Shown one piece after another: positions 11,243 to 23,241 of a DNA stretch of 64,000 bases. How positions within the stretch are numbered: position 1 is the stretch's first letter; each line of letters starts with the position of its first letter. The position numbers were made by a program, and so were the translations under genes. The notes beneath the pieces are model-generated. The model had not been told where the DNA came from, did not search any database, and was given only the letters and a program-made list of their open reading frames with translations. Source of the DNA: Squalus acanthias (taxonomy: Eukaryota); the NCBI GenBank assembly GCA_030390025.1, contig JASTWF010000093.1, positions 992,001 through 1,056,000 on the forward strand, read 5' to 3'.

Positions 11243-11593
11243 CTGCAAATATTAGAGACACAATGCCCTGGCCATTTCCTTTTCCATTCCTGACAAAGCA
11301 CACATACTGTCCAGCATCCTCTGGTCTCACTCTGTCCAGCTTCACTGAAACGTTCCCTTGTTTTATCTTCTCTGGGAATAAGCTTGCCCTCCCCGAATAC
11401 CGAGGGCTTTGGCGACTCAGTTGCTCTTTTCCAGAATAATAATAAACAACTTCCTCCGTCTCGACACGGTGCCAACTGATGAACAGCAGATCCAGTGACG
11501 ATTCACCCTGAGCTGTAAAGCTGCAACTCAGCACCGTGTACTGGCCGTAGATAGCAGTCACTGGTGCTTCTGGGGTGTGGACTTGAAACTGAG
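11243..11593 (-). CDS. B7-family/CD276-like gene copy A, exon 2 (IgV domain)
   Basis: Acceptor TTCACAG|, donor GCAG|GTACAT, 351 nt, phase 1-1. V-set motifs LSC, W, RASLF, GNVSVKL, EDAGQYVC resemble the CD276/butyrophilin IgV. Confidence 0.92.
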
Positions 11594-11884
11594 CTGTGAA
11601 TTCAAACAAATAGATTAGTAACAGCATTGTTCCAAGAGATTTAATCTTAACTCTTCAGAACATTTTATTTTAAATGGATGATTAATACGAGATTTAATCT
11701 TGAACACAGGAAAGCACTAAGAAGTAATTATCCCCACAGCTGTATTTTCTCTTCTCCAGAAGGGTTGATATTTCCTGGGTTGATATTTTCTGTGATCTAT
11801 TGAAATAGAAAAAGTTTTGTTCCCTCACCTCACAAAATGGACATCAAAAAAAGCAACTGCAGCAACATGATCAGTAAACATCAC

Positions 11885-13436
11885 AAAATAATGGGACTAA
11901 AAGACGACAGGTCCCCTGGACCAGATGGCCTGCATCCCAGGGTCTTAAAAGAAGTGGCTGCAGAGATAGTGGATACATTGGTTGTAATCTACCAAAATTC
12001 CCTGGACTCTGGAGAGGTCCCAGCGGATTGGAAAACCGCAAATGTAAAACCCCTATTCAAGAAAGGAGGGAGACAGAAAGCAGGAAACTATAGACCAGTT
12101 AGCCTAACATCTGTCGTTGGGAAAATGCTGGCGTCCTTCATTAAGGAAGCATTAGCAGGGCATTTGGAAAATCAATGCAGTCAAGCAGAGTCAGCATGGT
12201 TTTATGAAAGGGAAATCATTTTTAACAAATTTGCTGGAGTTCTTTGAGGATGTAACGAGCAGGGTGGATAAGGGTGAGCCAGTGGATGTGGTGTATTTGG
12301 ATTTCCAGAAGGCATTCAATAAGGTGCCACATAAAAGGTTACTGCATAAGATAAGAGCGCACAGAGTTGGGGGTAATATATTAGCATGGATAGAGAATTA
12401 GTTAACTAACAGAAAACAGAGAGTCGGGATAAATGGGTCATTTTCCGGTTGGCAAACGCTAACTAGTGGGGTGCCACAGGGATCGGTGCTGGGGCCTCAA
12501 CTATTTACAATCTACATTAATGACTTGGATGAAGGGACCGAGTGTACTGTAGCTAAGTTTGCAGAAGATACAAAGATGGGTGGGAAAGTAAGTTGTGCAA
12601 AGGGATATAGACAGGCTAAGTGAGTGGGCAAACATTTGGCAGATGGAGTATAATGTGGGAAAGTGCAAGGTTATCCACTTTGCCAGGAAAAATAAAAAAG
12701 CTAGTTATTTTTTTAAATGGAGATTACAAAATGCTTCAGTTTAGAGGGACCTGGGGGTCCTTGTGCATGAAACACAAAAAGTTAGCATGCAGGTGCAGCA
12801 AGTAATCAAAAAGGCAAATGGAATGTTGGCCTTTATTGCAAGGGGGTTGGAGTATAAAAGCAGAGAAGTCCTGCTACAACTGTACAGGGTATTGGTGAGA
12901 CCACACCTTGAGTACTGCATACAGTTTTGGTCTCCTTATTTAAGGAAGGCTATACTTGCATTGGAGGCAGTTCAGAGACGATTCACACAGTTGATTCCAG
13001 AGATGAGGGGATTGACTTATGAATAAAGGTTGAGCCTATACTCATTGGAATTTAGATGAATGAGAGGTGATCTTATTGAAACATACAAGATACTGAGGGG
13101 GCTCGACAAGGTAGATGCAGAGAGGATGTTTCCCCTCATGGGGAAATCTAGAACTCCGGGGCACAGTTTCAGAATAAAGGGTCGCCCTTTTAGAACCGAG
13201 ATGAGGAGGAATTTCTTCTCTGAGGGTCGTAAATCTGTGGAATTCTCTGCCCCAGAGAGCCTCGGAGGCTGGGTCATTAAACACATTTAAGGTGGAGATA
13301 GACAGATTTTTACAAGATAAGGGAGTGAAGGGTTATGGGGAGCGGGCGGGGAAGTGGCTTTGAGCCCAATATCAGCCATGATCTTATTGAATGGCAGAGC
13401 AGGCTCGAGGGGCCAAGTGACCTATTCCTGCTCCTA
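11885..13436 (+). mobile_element. CR1 LINE, 5'-truncated degenerate RT and 3' UTR (tail resumes at 15696-15712)
   Basis: SPGPDGLHPRVLKE, NYRPVSLTS, YLDFQKAF, RPHLEYC, RGDLIE; frameshifts and stops. Confidence 0.92.
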
Positions 13437-15680
13437 CAAAAAGAAAATACTGCAGATGCTGGAAATCTGAAATAAAAACAGAAAATGCTGGAGATACTCA
13501 GCAGGTCAGGCAGCATCTGTGAAGAGAGAAACAGAGTTAACGTTTCAGGTCGATGACCTTTCGTCAGAACTGGAAGAAAGCAGGAAATGGAACATATTTT
13601 TAAGCAAGTGTAGCAGCTGGGAAAGGGGGGAGGGGATGAAAGAACAAAAGGGAAGGTCTGTGATAGGATAGAAGGCAGGAGAGGTTAAGAGACATTAAGA
13701 GATATTCAAGGCAAAAGGAGATGGTAATGGGACAGGTTAAGAAACAAAGGATGGCTCTAGATGAAGTGTAAATTGCACTGGCAGAATGAAAGACAGCTGC
13801 CATGTGGGGGAGAAGAAAAGACACAAAGGTGTGGATAAAAAATATATATAGGATAGGGGCTGAGGTTATGATCTGAAATTGTTGAACTCTATGTTGAGTC
13901 CAGAAGGCTGTAAAGTGCCTAATCGAAAGATGAGGTGCTGTTCCTCGAGCTTACGCTGAGCTTCAGTGGAACAATGCAAGAGGCCGAGGACGGTGAGGTC
14001 TGAGTGGGAGTGGAGCGGAGAATTAAAGTGACAGGCGACCGGAAGCTCGGGGTCCCCCTTACGGACTGACCGGAGGTGTTCCGCAAAGCGGTCACCCAAT
14101 CTGCGTTTGGTCTCCCCAATGTAGAGGAGACCGCATCGTGAGCAGCAAATACAGTATACTAAATTGCAAGAAGTACAAGTAAATCGCTGTTTCACCTGGA
14201 AGGGGTGTTTCGGGCCCTGGACAGTGGGAAGGGGGGAGGTATAAGGGCATGTGTTGCATCTCCTGCGCGTGCACGGGAAGGTGCTGGGTGAAGGGGAAGG
14301 GGTGCTGGGGGTGATAGAGGAGTGGACTAGGGTGTCTCGGAGGGAGCGGTCCCTACGGAATGCTGAAAGGGGAGGTGAGGGGAAGATGCGTTTGGTGGTG
14401 GGATCACGCTGGAGGTGGCGGAAATGGCACAGGATGATCCGTTGAATGTGGAGGCTGGTGGGGTGAAAGGTGAGGACAAGGGGAACTCTATCGTGGTTCC
14501 GGGAGGGAGGGGCAGGGGTGAGGGCAAAAGTGCGGGAGATAGAACGGACACAGTCGAGGGCCGTGTCAACTACGGTAGAGGGGAATCCTCGGTTGAGGAA
14601 AAAGGAAGACATGTCGGAAGCACTGGTATGGAAGGTGGCATCGTCGGAGCAGATACGGCGGAGACGGAGAAACTGGGAGAATGGAAGAGAGTCCTTACAG
14701 GAGGCGGGGTGGGAGGAAGTATAGTCCAGGTAGCTGTGGGAGTCAGTGGGCTTTTAGTGAATGTTGGTCAATAACCTATCCCCAGAGATGGAGATGGAGA
14801 AGTCGAGGAAGGGAAGAGTCGGAGATGGACCATGTGAAGGTGAGGGAAGGGTGGAAATTGGAGGCAAAGTGAATGAAATTGTCTAGTTTAGGGCGAGAGC
14901 AGGAAACGGCACCGATACAGTCATCAATGTACCGGAAAAAGAGGTGAGGGAGGGGACCCGAGTAGGACTGGAACAAAGAGTGTTCCACATATCCCACGAA
15001 AAGGCAGGCATAGCTAGGAGCCATGTGGGTACCCATAGCAACACCTTTGATTTGGAGGAAATGAGTGGAGTCAAAGGAGAAGTTGTTCAATGTGAGAACA
15101 AGTTCAGCTAGGCGGAGGAGGGTGCTGGTGGATGGGGACTGGTTGGGCCTCTGTTCAAGGAAGAAGCGGAGCGCAGTCAAGCCATCCTGGTGGGGGATGT
15201 TACCTGGCCTGCTGAGTTTTTCCAGCACTTTCTGTTGTTATTTCAGTTTTCCAGCATCTGCAGTATTTTGCTATTGTATTAGAGGTGAGGGGAAGATCTG
15301 TTTGGTGGTGGGATCACACTGGAGGTGGCGGAAATGGTGGAGGATGATCCATTGAATGTGGAGGCTGGTGGGGTGAAAGGTGAGGACAAGGGGAACTCTA
15401 TCGTGGTTCTGGGAGGGAGGGGCAGGGGTGAGGGCAGAAGTGCGGGAGATAGAACGGACACGGTCAAGGGCCGTGTCAACCACAGTAGAGGGGAATCCTC
15501 GGTTGAGGAAAAAGGAAGACATGTCGGAAGCACTGGTATTCCCAACCCCTACACTTGCTTAAAAATCTGTTCCATTTCCTGCTTTTTTCCAGTTCTGACG
15601 AAAGGTCATCGACCTGATACGTTAACTCTGTTTCTCTCTTCACAGATGCTGCCTGACCTGCTGAGTATCTCCAGCATTTT
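13437..15680 (-). mobile_element. Penelope-like retroelement family 2, truncated and rearranged, 15-bp TSD CTATTCCTGCTCCTA, in intron 1 of copy A
   Basis: GVAMG, RYIDD, YKPTD, CxxC and YIGET...RFAEH (GIY-YIG); TSD at 13422-13436 and 15681-15695; empty site in copy B near 28015-28031. Confidence 0.92.
13535..13571 (-). ncRNA. Minimal hammerhead ribozyme motif of Penelope family 2 (duplicate at 58169-58205; GAAA->GATA mutant at 15591-15627 +)
   Basis: agtt-CTGACGA-a-aggtc[atc]gacct-GAAA-cg-TT-aact. Confidence 0.7.
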
Positions 15681-16067
15681 CTATTCCTGCTCCTATTTCT
15701 TATGTTCTTATGTAAATAGACAGGGGCTGTTTCTTTGAAATATTCTTTTCAGCTCCATGAACAATATTTACTTGGGAATTATCCACCTTGCCCATTAAAA
15801 TTACCCAACATCACAAGTGAAACCCTTCGGTCCCAGACCTGAAACGTTAACTCTGTTTCTCTCTCCACGGATGCTGCCTGACCTGCTGAGTATTTACAGC
15901 ATTTTCTGTTGTTATTTCAGATTTGCAGCATCTGCAGTATTTTGCTATTACAAGTGAAACTACTGTTATTGCTTTGGGCCATTGCTCAGTGGTGAAAAGA
16001 CCACCTGAAACTGTGTAGATCGTTCATTCAAATGTGTGCAAGGAAACAGTTACATTTAAAGACTTAC

Positions 16068-16122
16068 CTTGAGCCAAACCGAATTCAACAGCCACCAAAA
16101 CAGCGAGCAGACTTCTCACCAT
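16068..16122 (-). CDS. B7-family/CD276-like gene copy A, exon 1 (signal peptide MVRSLLAVLVAVEFGLAQ)
   Basis: ATG at 16122 in AGTATGG context; 18 mostly hydrophobic codons + 1 nt; donor CAAG|GTAAGT; phase 1 matches the IgV exon; homologous exon in copies B and C. Confidence 0.85.
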
Positions 16123-16491
16123 ACTTTGCTCTCCTCGACAGCTGTCAAAACAAGACAAGACGACCACCAGTGAAAATAATTTCTTTATCGGTTTCCACAG
16201 CTGCAAAAGACCCGCATCTTATGGAGGATTCCGCCGGCACTCGGGGCAGAGCTCGCTGACCGAAATCTAAACCCTCGGGGCTCCGCTCAAGTGGGCGTCG
16301 CCCGCAGCCCGCTCTCTTTCATAGTCCCTGCTGTTACATCATTTACGGATTAGACAGTAAGAAAGCCCCAGACACCGCCCCGCGAGCCAGCGAATCAGAG
16401 ACTGGTTAGAGCTTTTCCTCGGCAGTCCCGCCTCCCCAGGGCTGCCAGACCATGCCACAGACACCGCAGCAGCAGCAACAACCTAGTGGTT

Positions 16492-16701
16492 GCTGTTTTT
16501 AAGAGTTTATTTTTTACTGTGATGGAATGAGAAACAGCCTTACAGTAATTTGTTGATCTATTTGTAAAATGTTATTATTGCATTTATATTGTTAATTATA
16601 AGGCTTTATTGTTATTGTGATCAATGAATGTAATGGTTTATTATGTAATTGATGAGTTGTATAAGTACTATTCTTGAATAAAAAGATTAATAAGAAAAAA
16701 A
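16492..16701 (+). mobile_element. Short AT-rich poly(A)-tailed retro-insertion with 15-bp TSD AACAACCTAGTGGTT (duplicate at ~61126-61335)
   Basis: TSD at 16477-16491 and 16702-16716; AATAAA then an A-run. Confidence 0.75.
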
Positions 16702-17390
16702 AACAACCTAGTGGTTAAAAGAAAAAAAACCTTTTCTTTTGAGAATTTCCCTCATCTGGAAGTGGAAATATTTCATTTTAACACAGCACATTTAAGTTGC
16801 ACAACCCATAAAGACATTTGACTGTGCAACTAAAATCATGTAAATTATCTTGGCAATTGGCTGCACTGAAATCAGTCAGGCATTACTAGTTAGTGTACAG
16901 TTATTGAAGTGCCATTGACTAAAGGCAAACTAATTGAAGATTCTTTTGCTTGTGGTTAAAATGTCATAGTGTACTGATCCTGTCAGCAAAAGTAACTGGT
17001 GTTTTGCTGCAGTGTAACTTAAATAGCCATAAAAAGTGTCTTTATGGAGGATATTTGTGGGAAACTACAAGGATATGAAGATGTTTACAGCTTTTTGTAT
17101 TACCTGAAATAGTTATGGTTCCTCACTGCAACAGTTTGATAACCAGGATATATGTAATAAAATAACTGAATGCACATCCACAAGACTTGCACCAAAATGT
17201 CAGACTTTCTGTGAAAGTGCTCTTTATACAAAACATCAGCAGCAACAACTTGCATTTATACACCGCCTTAAATGTCGTAAAACGTCCCAAGGTGCTTCAC
17301 AGGAGCGTTATGAGACATAAAATTGACACCGAGCCACATGAGGAGAAATTAGGGCAGGTGACCAAAAGCTTGGTCAAAGAGGTAGGTTTT

Positions 17391-17870
17391 AAAGAAAGAA
17401 AAACTTGCATTTATATCGCACCTTTCACAACCACCAGACATCCCAAAGCGCTTTACAGCCAATGAAGTACTTTTTGAAGTGGAGTCACTGTGGCAATGTG
17501 GGAAAAACGGCAGCCAATTTGCGCACAGCAAGCTCCCACAAACAGCAATGCGAAAATGAACAGATAATCTGTTTTTTTTTAAAGTGATGCCGGTCGAGGG
17601 ATATATATTTGCCCAGGACACCAGGGAGAACTCCACAACCTTCTTCAAAATATTGCCATGGGATCTTTTACATCCACAGGAGAAAGCAGACGGGACCTCA
17701 GTTTAACGTCTCACGCAAAAGACAGCACCTCCAACAGTGCAGCACTCCCTCAGCACTGCACTGGAGCGTCAGCCTAGATTTATGTGCTCAAGTCCCTGGA
17801 ATGGGACTATGAACCCACAACCTTCTGACTCAGAGGTGAGTGTGCTGCCCACTGAGCCACAGCTGACACT
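17391..17870 (-). mobile_element. Full-length Deu-domain tRNA SINE (SacSINE1-like); paralogs at 25808-26282 (+) and 62025-62504 (-)
   Basis: tRNA-like head GGCTCAGTGG..., core GATGTAAAAGATCCCATGGC...GTTTGTGGGAGCTTGCTGTG, tail AAATGCAAGT-TTTC; family name is from memory of the consensus. Confidence 0.75.
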
Positions 17871-20749
17871 CTCTTTAACAAGTGTCTTAAAGGAGGAAAG
17901 AGAGGTGGAGAGGCAGGGAGGTTTTTGGGAGGGAATTCCAGAGCTTAGGACCTCGGGAACAGACGGCACAGCCACCAATGGTGGAGCGATTATAATCAGG
18001 GATGCTCAAGAGAGCAGAATTAGAAGAGCGCAGATATCTTGAGTGATTGTGGGGCTGAAGGAGATTACAGAGATAGGGAGGGGCGAAGCCATGGAGGAAT
18101 TTGAAAACAAGGATGAGAATTTTGAAATTGAAGCGTTGCTTAACCGGGAGCCAGTGTTGGTCAGCGATGTAGGAAGAGGGCGAAGAGGCAACACTTTGGG
18201 ATGGAGAAATGTGAAGGACGAAGCAATCAGGCGAGACGGCAGTTGGAGTCGGAGAGAGAGGGAGGAGTTGACGGTTAGTGTTGGGAGGAGGTGCCAGGAA
18301 GCAGCATTAGGGACCAGGTGGATTTTGGGGTTGGGGGAGAGGTGGTAGGAGGTGCCAGTCAGGCAGCAGAAAAACAATTTAAAAAATACAACTTCCTGGG
18401 AGGGAGAGAGCAACTTCCGAACGGACCTGAGTGACTCAGTTCAGAGGACGACTTTGGGAGTGAGACACATGGGAAGAATCAGCCAGCCTGTCGGCGGGAA
18501 AGAGAAAAATATGATTTTAAAAAAGCAAGTTTAACTGTGACAGAAAGTCATTACAGACAGGACAGAAATGGAAAAAATAGAAAAAGAAAGACTCGCATTT
18601 CTACAGCGCCATTCATGACCACCTAACGTCCCAAAGCACTTTACAGCCAATGAAGTACTTTTTGAAGTGTAGTCACTGTTGTAGTGTGGGAAACGCGGCA
18701 GCCAATTTGCACACAGCAAGCTCCCACAAACAGCAATGGGATAATGACAAGATAATCTGTTTTTTAGTGATGTTGATTGAGGGATAAACATTTGCCAAGA
18801 CACCGGGGATAACTCCCTTGCTCTTCTTCGAAATAGTGCCGTTGGATCTTTTACATCCACCTGAGAGAGCAGACGGGGTCTCGGTTTAACGTCTCATCCG
18901 AAAGTGACAGGAAAATGTCCTGCGAAGTCAATGTTACATTTACAAGAAACATGTCACATGACTTTTAGTATGCTCAGGATCAAAAAGAGTGAGACCACTT
19001 GTAAACCCAATTAAACTTGTGGGGCTGTCTCTATTCTTAAGAATGAGATGAAGTAGAGTCTGTATTTGAAAGCGGTGAAACATGAGACAGAAATGGAATG
19101 CATTCCAGGGAGCAGCAGATTGCACAACATAAGACATTTGTATCACGATCATCGTAAACCGTGCCTTTGGTGTTTGTTGGTTTTCTTTGATTTTGTATAA
19201 CCCACTGGCCTTTGAAATGTAATATAGACGCATACCGATTGTTGATTCTCATTCAGTACTTGCAGTGTTTAATCCTTCAGGGAAGAAACTCTCAGCAATG
19301 CAGCGTGGAGGGTACATCAGTGTTTTCATCTGTTGGCAAAGAAGTGGACGCTCAAAGAAATAAAAGCACCCCCTTGAAGTCTGCAGTTCAAATATCACAA
19401 AACATACTGGTACATAGGAACGATTTGAAGGCTGCAATGTCATCTCAGAGTTATACACCACTCAAGCTTCACTCTGGTAGTTTATGGCATCATCTGAACC
19501 CCTCTATGAGTTTACTGCCATGTAATTACTTCCAGCTCTCCACTACCTAACATGTGCTGGACACAGGACCTCCCCAGTGCCTCAGTCTCCAAGCACTTTT
19601 TGTAGCGCTGAGCTGTGCAAATTAAAGAAGCCCCCAGGGTTGATGGTTTTGAGGTTCTTGCTGAAACAATCAACAGGAATGGATGCAACTGACCTCAGCT
19701 TCCTGGGCAATCGGAGCAAAAGAGAAACATCCGAGATTCCCATTCCTGATCCCTCCTGCAGTGCGAGCAGATGCCCGATAAGGGTAGCGTTGGGCTTACC
19801 CCGCAGTCGAATAGTTTACCGGCAGTCGCTGCACAAAAAGAATAGGCACTTGGACAACAACAACCTGCATTTCTGTAGTGCCCCTCACATACAGGGTCGG
19901 CCGTGGCTCAGTGGGTAGCACTCTTGTGTCTGGGTCAGAAGGTTGTGGGTTCCAAGTCCCTCTCCAGAGACTTGAGCACAAAAACTTAGGCTGATGCTTT
20001 GGTGCTGCACTGACACTGCCTTCATTTGGAAACCTTTTTAGCTGATTGCTTGTACGCGCTCCCTCCCTCTTTCCCTCTCGCTCTCTCACGCGCTCGCTCT
20101 CTTTCCTCGGCTCATTTCCTTGTAGCACGTTCTGCTGCTGGGTCGGCCTGCTGGCCAAATTGGGGCCACGCGGGCGGCTTTTATCAATGTGCAGAAAGGC
20201 CCACATCTTGTTCTGGCCTGAATTGGGCAAAGGCGTCTTGAATTGGGTTGTGGGCTTGAGCCTGTTTTAAGCAGCCGGGCCTGGGAGAGGAGAAAAAGCT
20301 GCTCCCTAATTGTGTGTATTTTGAGGCAGGAAGGAGCAGCGTTTTTACAGCAGTGAGTGAGTGGGTGAGCGAGGTAAGGAAGGGTGGAGCTAATGGAGTT
20401 TTGAAGGTTGAGGCAAGGGGAAGGCAATGAAGGGTAGGGCTTGTAGTTTGTGTGTGTGGGGAAGCCTGAGGATCAAGAGAGCAAGGTGGGGAAGGTGGGA
20501 AAGAAATATAAAAGGAAACACAAGCTAGACAACAGGACTGCAAGCCTTTCGGTAAAGGGAAAGCCAATCAGCAGATGCCTACCCTACTACTCTGAAAACG
20601 CCCGATCGTGTCATGAAGGAATGCTCTGTTTTATAAGGGTAGAAGAATAAATCTGAAAGAGTATTTTAAATATAGACTAAAAGAGCATTATGAGGCTTTG
20701 TGGGTCCATTATTCTGAAAGGAATTTAAGGATGGTATTTCTTAATCAGT

Positions 20750-21380
20750 ATTTGCAGTGCATCTTGTAGATGGTACACACTGCAGCCATGGTACGCCGGT
20801 GGTGGAGGGAGTGAATGTTTAAGGTGGGAGATGAGGTGCCAATCAAGCGGGCTGCTTTGTCTTGGATGGTGTCGAGCTTCTTGAGTGTTGTTGGAGCTGC
20901 ACTCATCCAGGCAAGTGGAGAGTATTCCATCACACTCCTTACTTGTGCCTTGTAGATGGTAGAAAGGCTTTGGGGAGTCAGGAGGTGAGACACTCGCTGC
21001 AGAATACCTAGCCTCTGACCTGCTCTTGTTGCCACAGTATTTATGTGGCTGGACCAGTTATGTTTCTGGTCAATGGTGACCCCCAGGTTGTTGATGGTGG
21101 GGGATTTGGCGATGGTAATGCCATTGAATGTCAAGGGGCGGTGGTTAGACTCTCGCTTCTTGGAGATAGTCATTGCCTGGCACTTCCGTGGCGCGAATGT
21201 TACCTGCCACTTATCAGCCCAAGCCTCAACGTCGTCTAGGTCATGTTGCATGCAGGCATGGATTGCTTCATTATCTGAGGAGTTGTGAATGGCACTGAAC
21301 ACTGTGCAGTCATCAGCGAACATCCCCACTTCTGACCTTATGTTGGAGGGAAGGTCATTGATGAAGCAGCTGAAGATGGC
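20750..21380 (-). mobile_element. CR1/L2-group LINE RT C-terminal fragment
   Basis: FINDLP, MFADD, LGVTID, IYKAQVRSVMEY. Confidence 0.8.
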
Positions 21381-21419
21381 AGTTAGGGACGGGCAATAAA
21401 TGCTGTCCTTGCCAGACTG

Positions 21420-23241
21420 AGTAAAAGAGCTAGGAAGGTAGTGCAGGAGTCCCCTGGCTCCATCTCCCTCTCCAACAGATTTTCCGTTTTGGATACTGCT
21501 GGGGGACATGGTTTCTCAGGGGAATGCAGAAGAGCCAAGTCCGTGGCACTACGAGTGGCTCAACTGCACAGGAGGGGAGGAAAAGAGTGGGAGGGCAATA
21601 GTGATAGGGGATTCTATCGTAAGGGGAACAGATAGACGTTTCTGTGGCCGCAGATGTGACTCCAGGATGGTATGTTGTCTCCCTGGTGCCAGGGTGAAGG
21701 ATGTCACTGAGCGGCTGCAGGACATTCTGAAGGGGGATGGTGAACAGACAGAGGTCGTGGTCCATATCGGTACCAACGACATAGGTAGAAACAGGGACGA
21801 GGTCCTGCAAGCAGAATATAGGGAGCTAGGAAATAAATTAAAAAGCAGGACCTGAAAGGTAGTAATCTCAGGATTACTCCCAGGGCCACGTGCTAGCGAG
21901 AGCAGAAATAGGAGAATAGACCAGATGAATGCATGGCTGGAGAGATAGTGTGGGAAGGAGTGATTTAAATTCCTGAGGCATTGGGACCGATTCTGGGGAA
22001 GGCGGGACCTGTACAAGCTGGACGAATTACACCTCGGCAGAACCGGGACCAATATCCTCGCAGGGGGGTTTGCTAGAGCTGTTGGGAATGATTTAAACTA
22101 GTTTGTCAGGGGGCTGGGAACCTAAGTGTGGGCCCAGAATGGAGAGAAACAAAGCTGGAAGTGCAAGTTAGAAAAGTAGTCAGCAAAACTAGTAGGGAGC
22201 AGAAACAAAGGCCAATAGTAAAGAGGGTCAAAGTGCAGAAAAATATTAAACAGGCAAAGTTGAAGGCACTTTATCTAAATGCACGTAGCATTCGCAACAA
22301 GGTGGATGAAATTAATGACACTAATAGAAGTAAATGGATATGATGTCATTGCCATTACAGAGACATGGCTGCAGGGTAACCAAAGCTGGGAACTGAATGT
22401 TCCAGGGTGCTCAACATTTAGGAAGGACAGACAAAAAGGAAAAGGAGGTGGCGTAGCGCTGTTAATAAGGGATGAGATCGGTACGGTAGAGATAAAAGAT
22501 CTTGGCTTGGCAGATCGTGATGTAGAACTGGATTCAGTTTGGGTGGAGCTAAGAAACAGCAAAGGGCGGAAAACTTTAATCTACATATGGACTGGGCAAA
22601 TCAAATTACCACTAATGGTGTGGGGGGACGAATTCTTGGAATGCATGCGAGATGGTTTCCTGGATCAGTATGTAGAGGAACCAACCAGGGAACAGGCTAT
22701 TCTGGATCTGGTACTGTGTAATGAGAAAGGGCTAATCAATAATCTTGTGGTAAAGGGGCCTTTAGGGACAAGTGACCATAATATGATTGAATTTTACATT
22801 AATTTTGAGAGTGATGTAGTCCAATCTGAAACTAAGGGCGTCAATCTAAACAGAGGAAACTACAAGGGTATGAGGGACAAGTTGGCCATGGTAGATTGGG
22901 AGACTACACTAAAAGGTATGAAGGTGGACATACAATGGCTAACATTCAAGGAAATAATGCATAATTTGCAAAAAACATATATTCCTCTCAGGCATAAAAA
23001 CCCAAAAGGAAAAGTGATCCAACCATGGCTAACTAAAGAAATTAAAGCTAGTATTAAGTCAAAGGAGGAAGCTTATAAAGTTGCCAGAAAAAGCAGTCAG
23101 TCTGAGGATTGGGATCTTTTTAGAAATCAGCAAAGGGGGACCAAGAAATTGATAAAGAAAGGGAAAATGGATTATGAGCACAAACTAGCGAAAAAACAGG
23201 TTGTGAAAGCTTCTATAGGTATGTGAAAAGGAAAAGACTGG
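21420..23241 (+). mobile_element. CR1 LINE 5' part: ORF1 SGNH esterase and ORF2 AP-endonuclease, cut at the start of the right inverted arm
   Basis: VIGDSIVRG, CLPGARVKD, HIGTND; ITETWL, GGGVAL, LDLVL, SDH. Confidence 0.88.

Noticed and set aside
11243-11593. Assigning the symbol CD276
   Set aside because: Similarity is family-level only; the Cys-less IgC, single TM/tail exon and multicopy state argue against confident orthology
11594-11627. MLLLIYLFEFT as N-terminus of the IgV ORF
   Set aside because: This is the translated branch/polypyrimidine region of intron 1; a proper signal exon with a matching phase-1 donor exists upstream
18940-20650. Short ORFs conserved between the two arms (e.g. 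112 aa MKCNID...)
   Set aside because: Conservation is explained by recent duplication; no recognisable domain or splice structure
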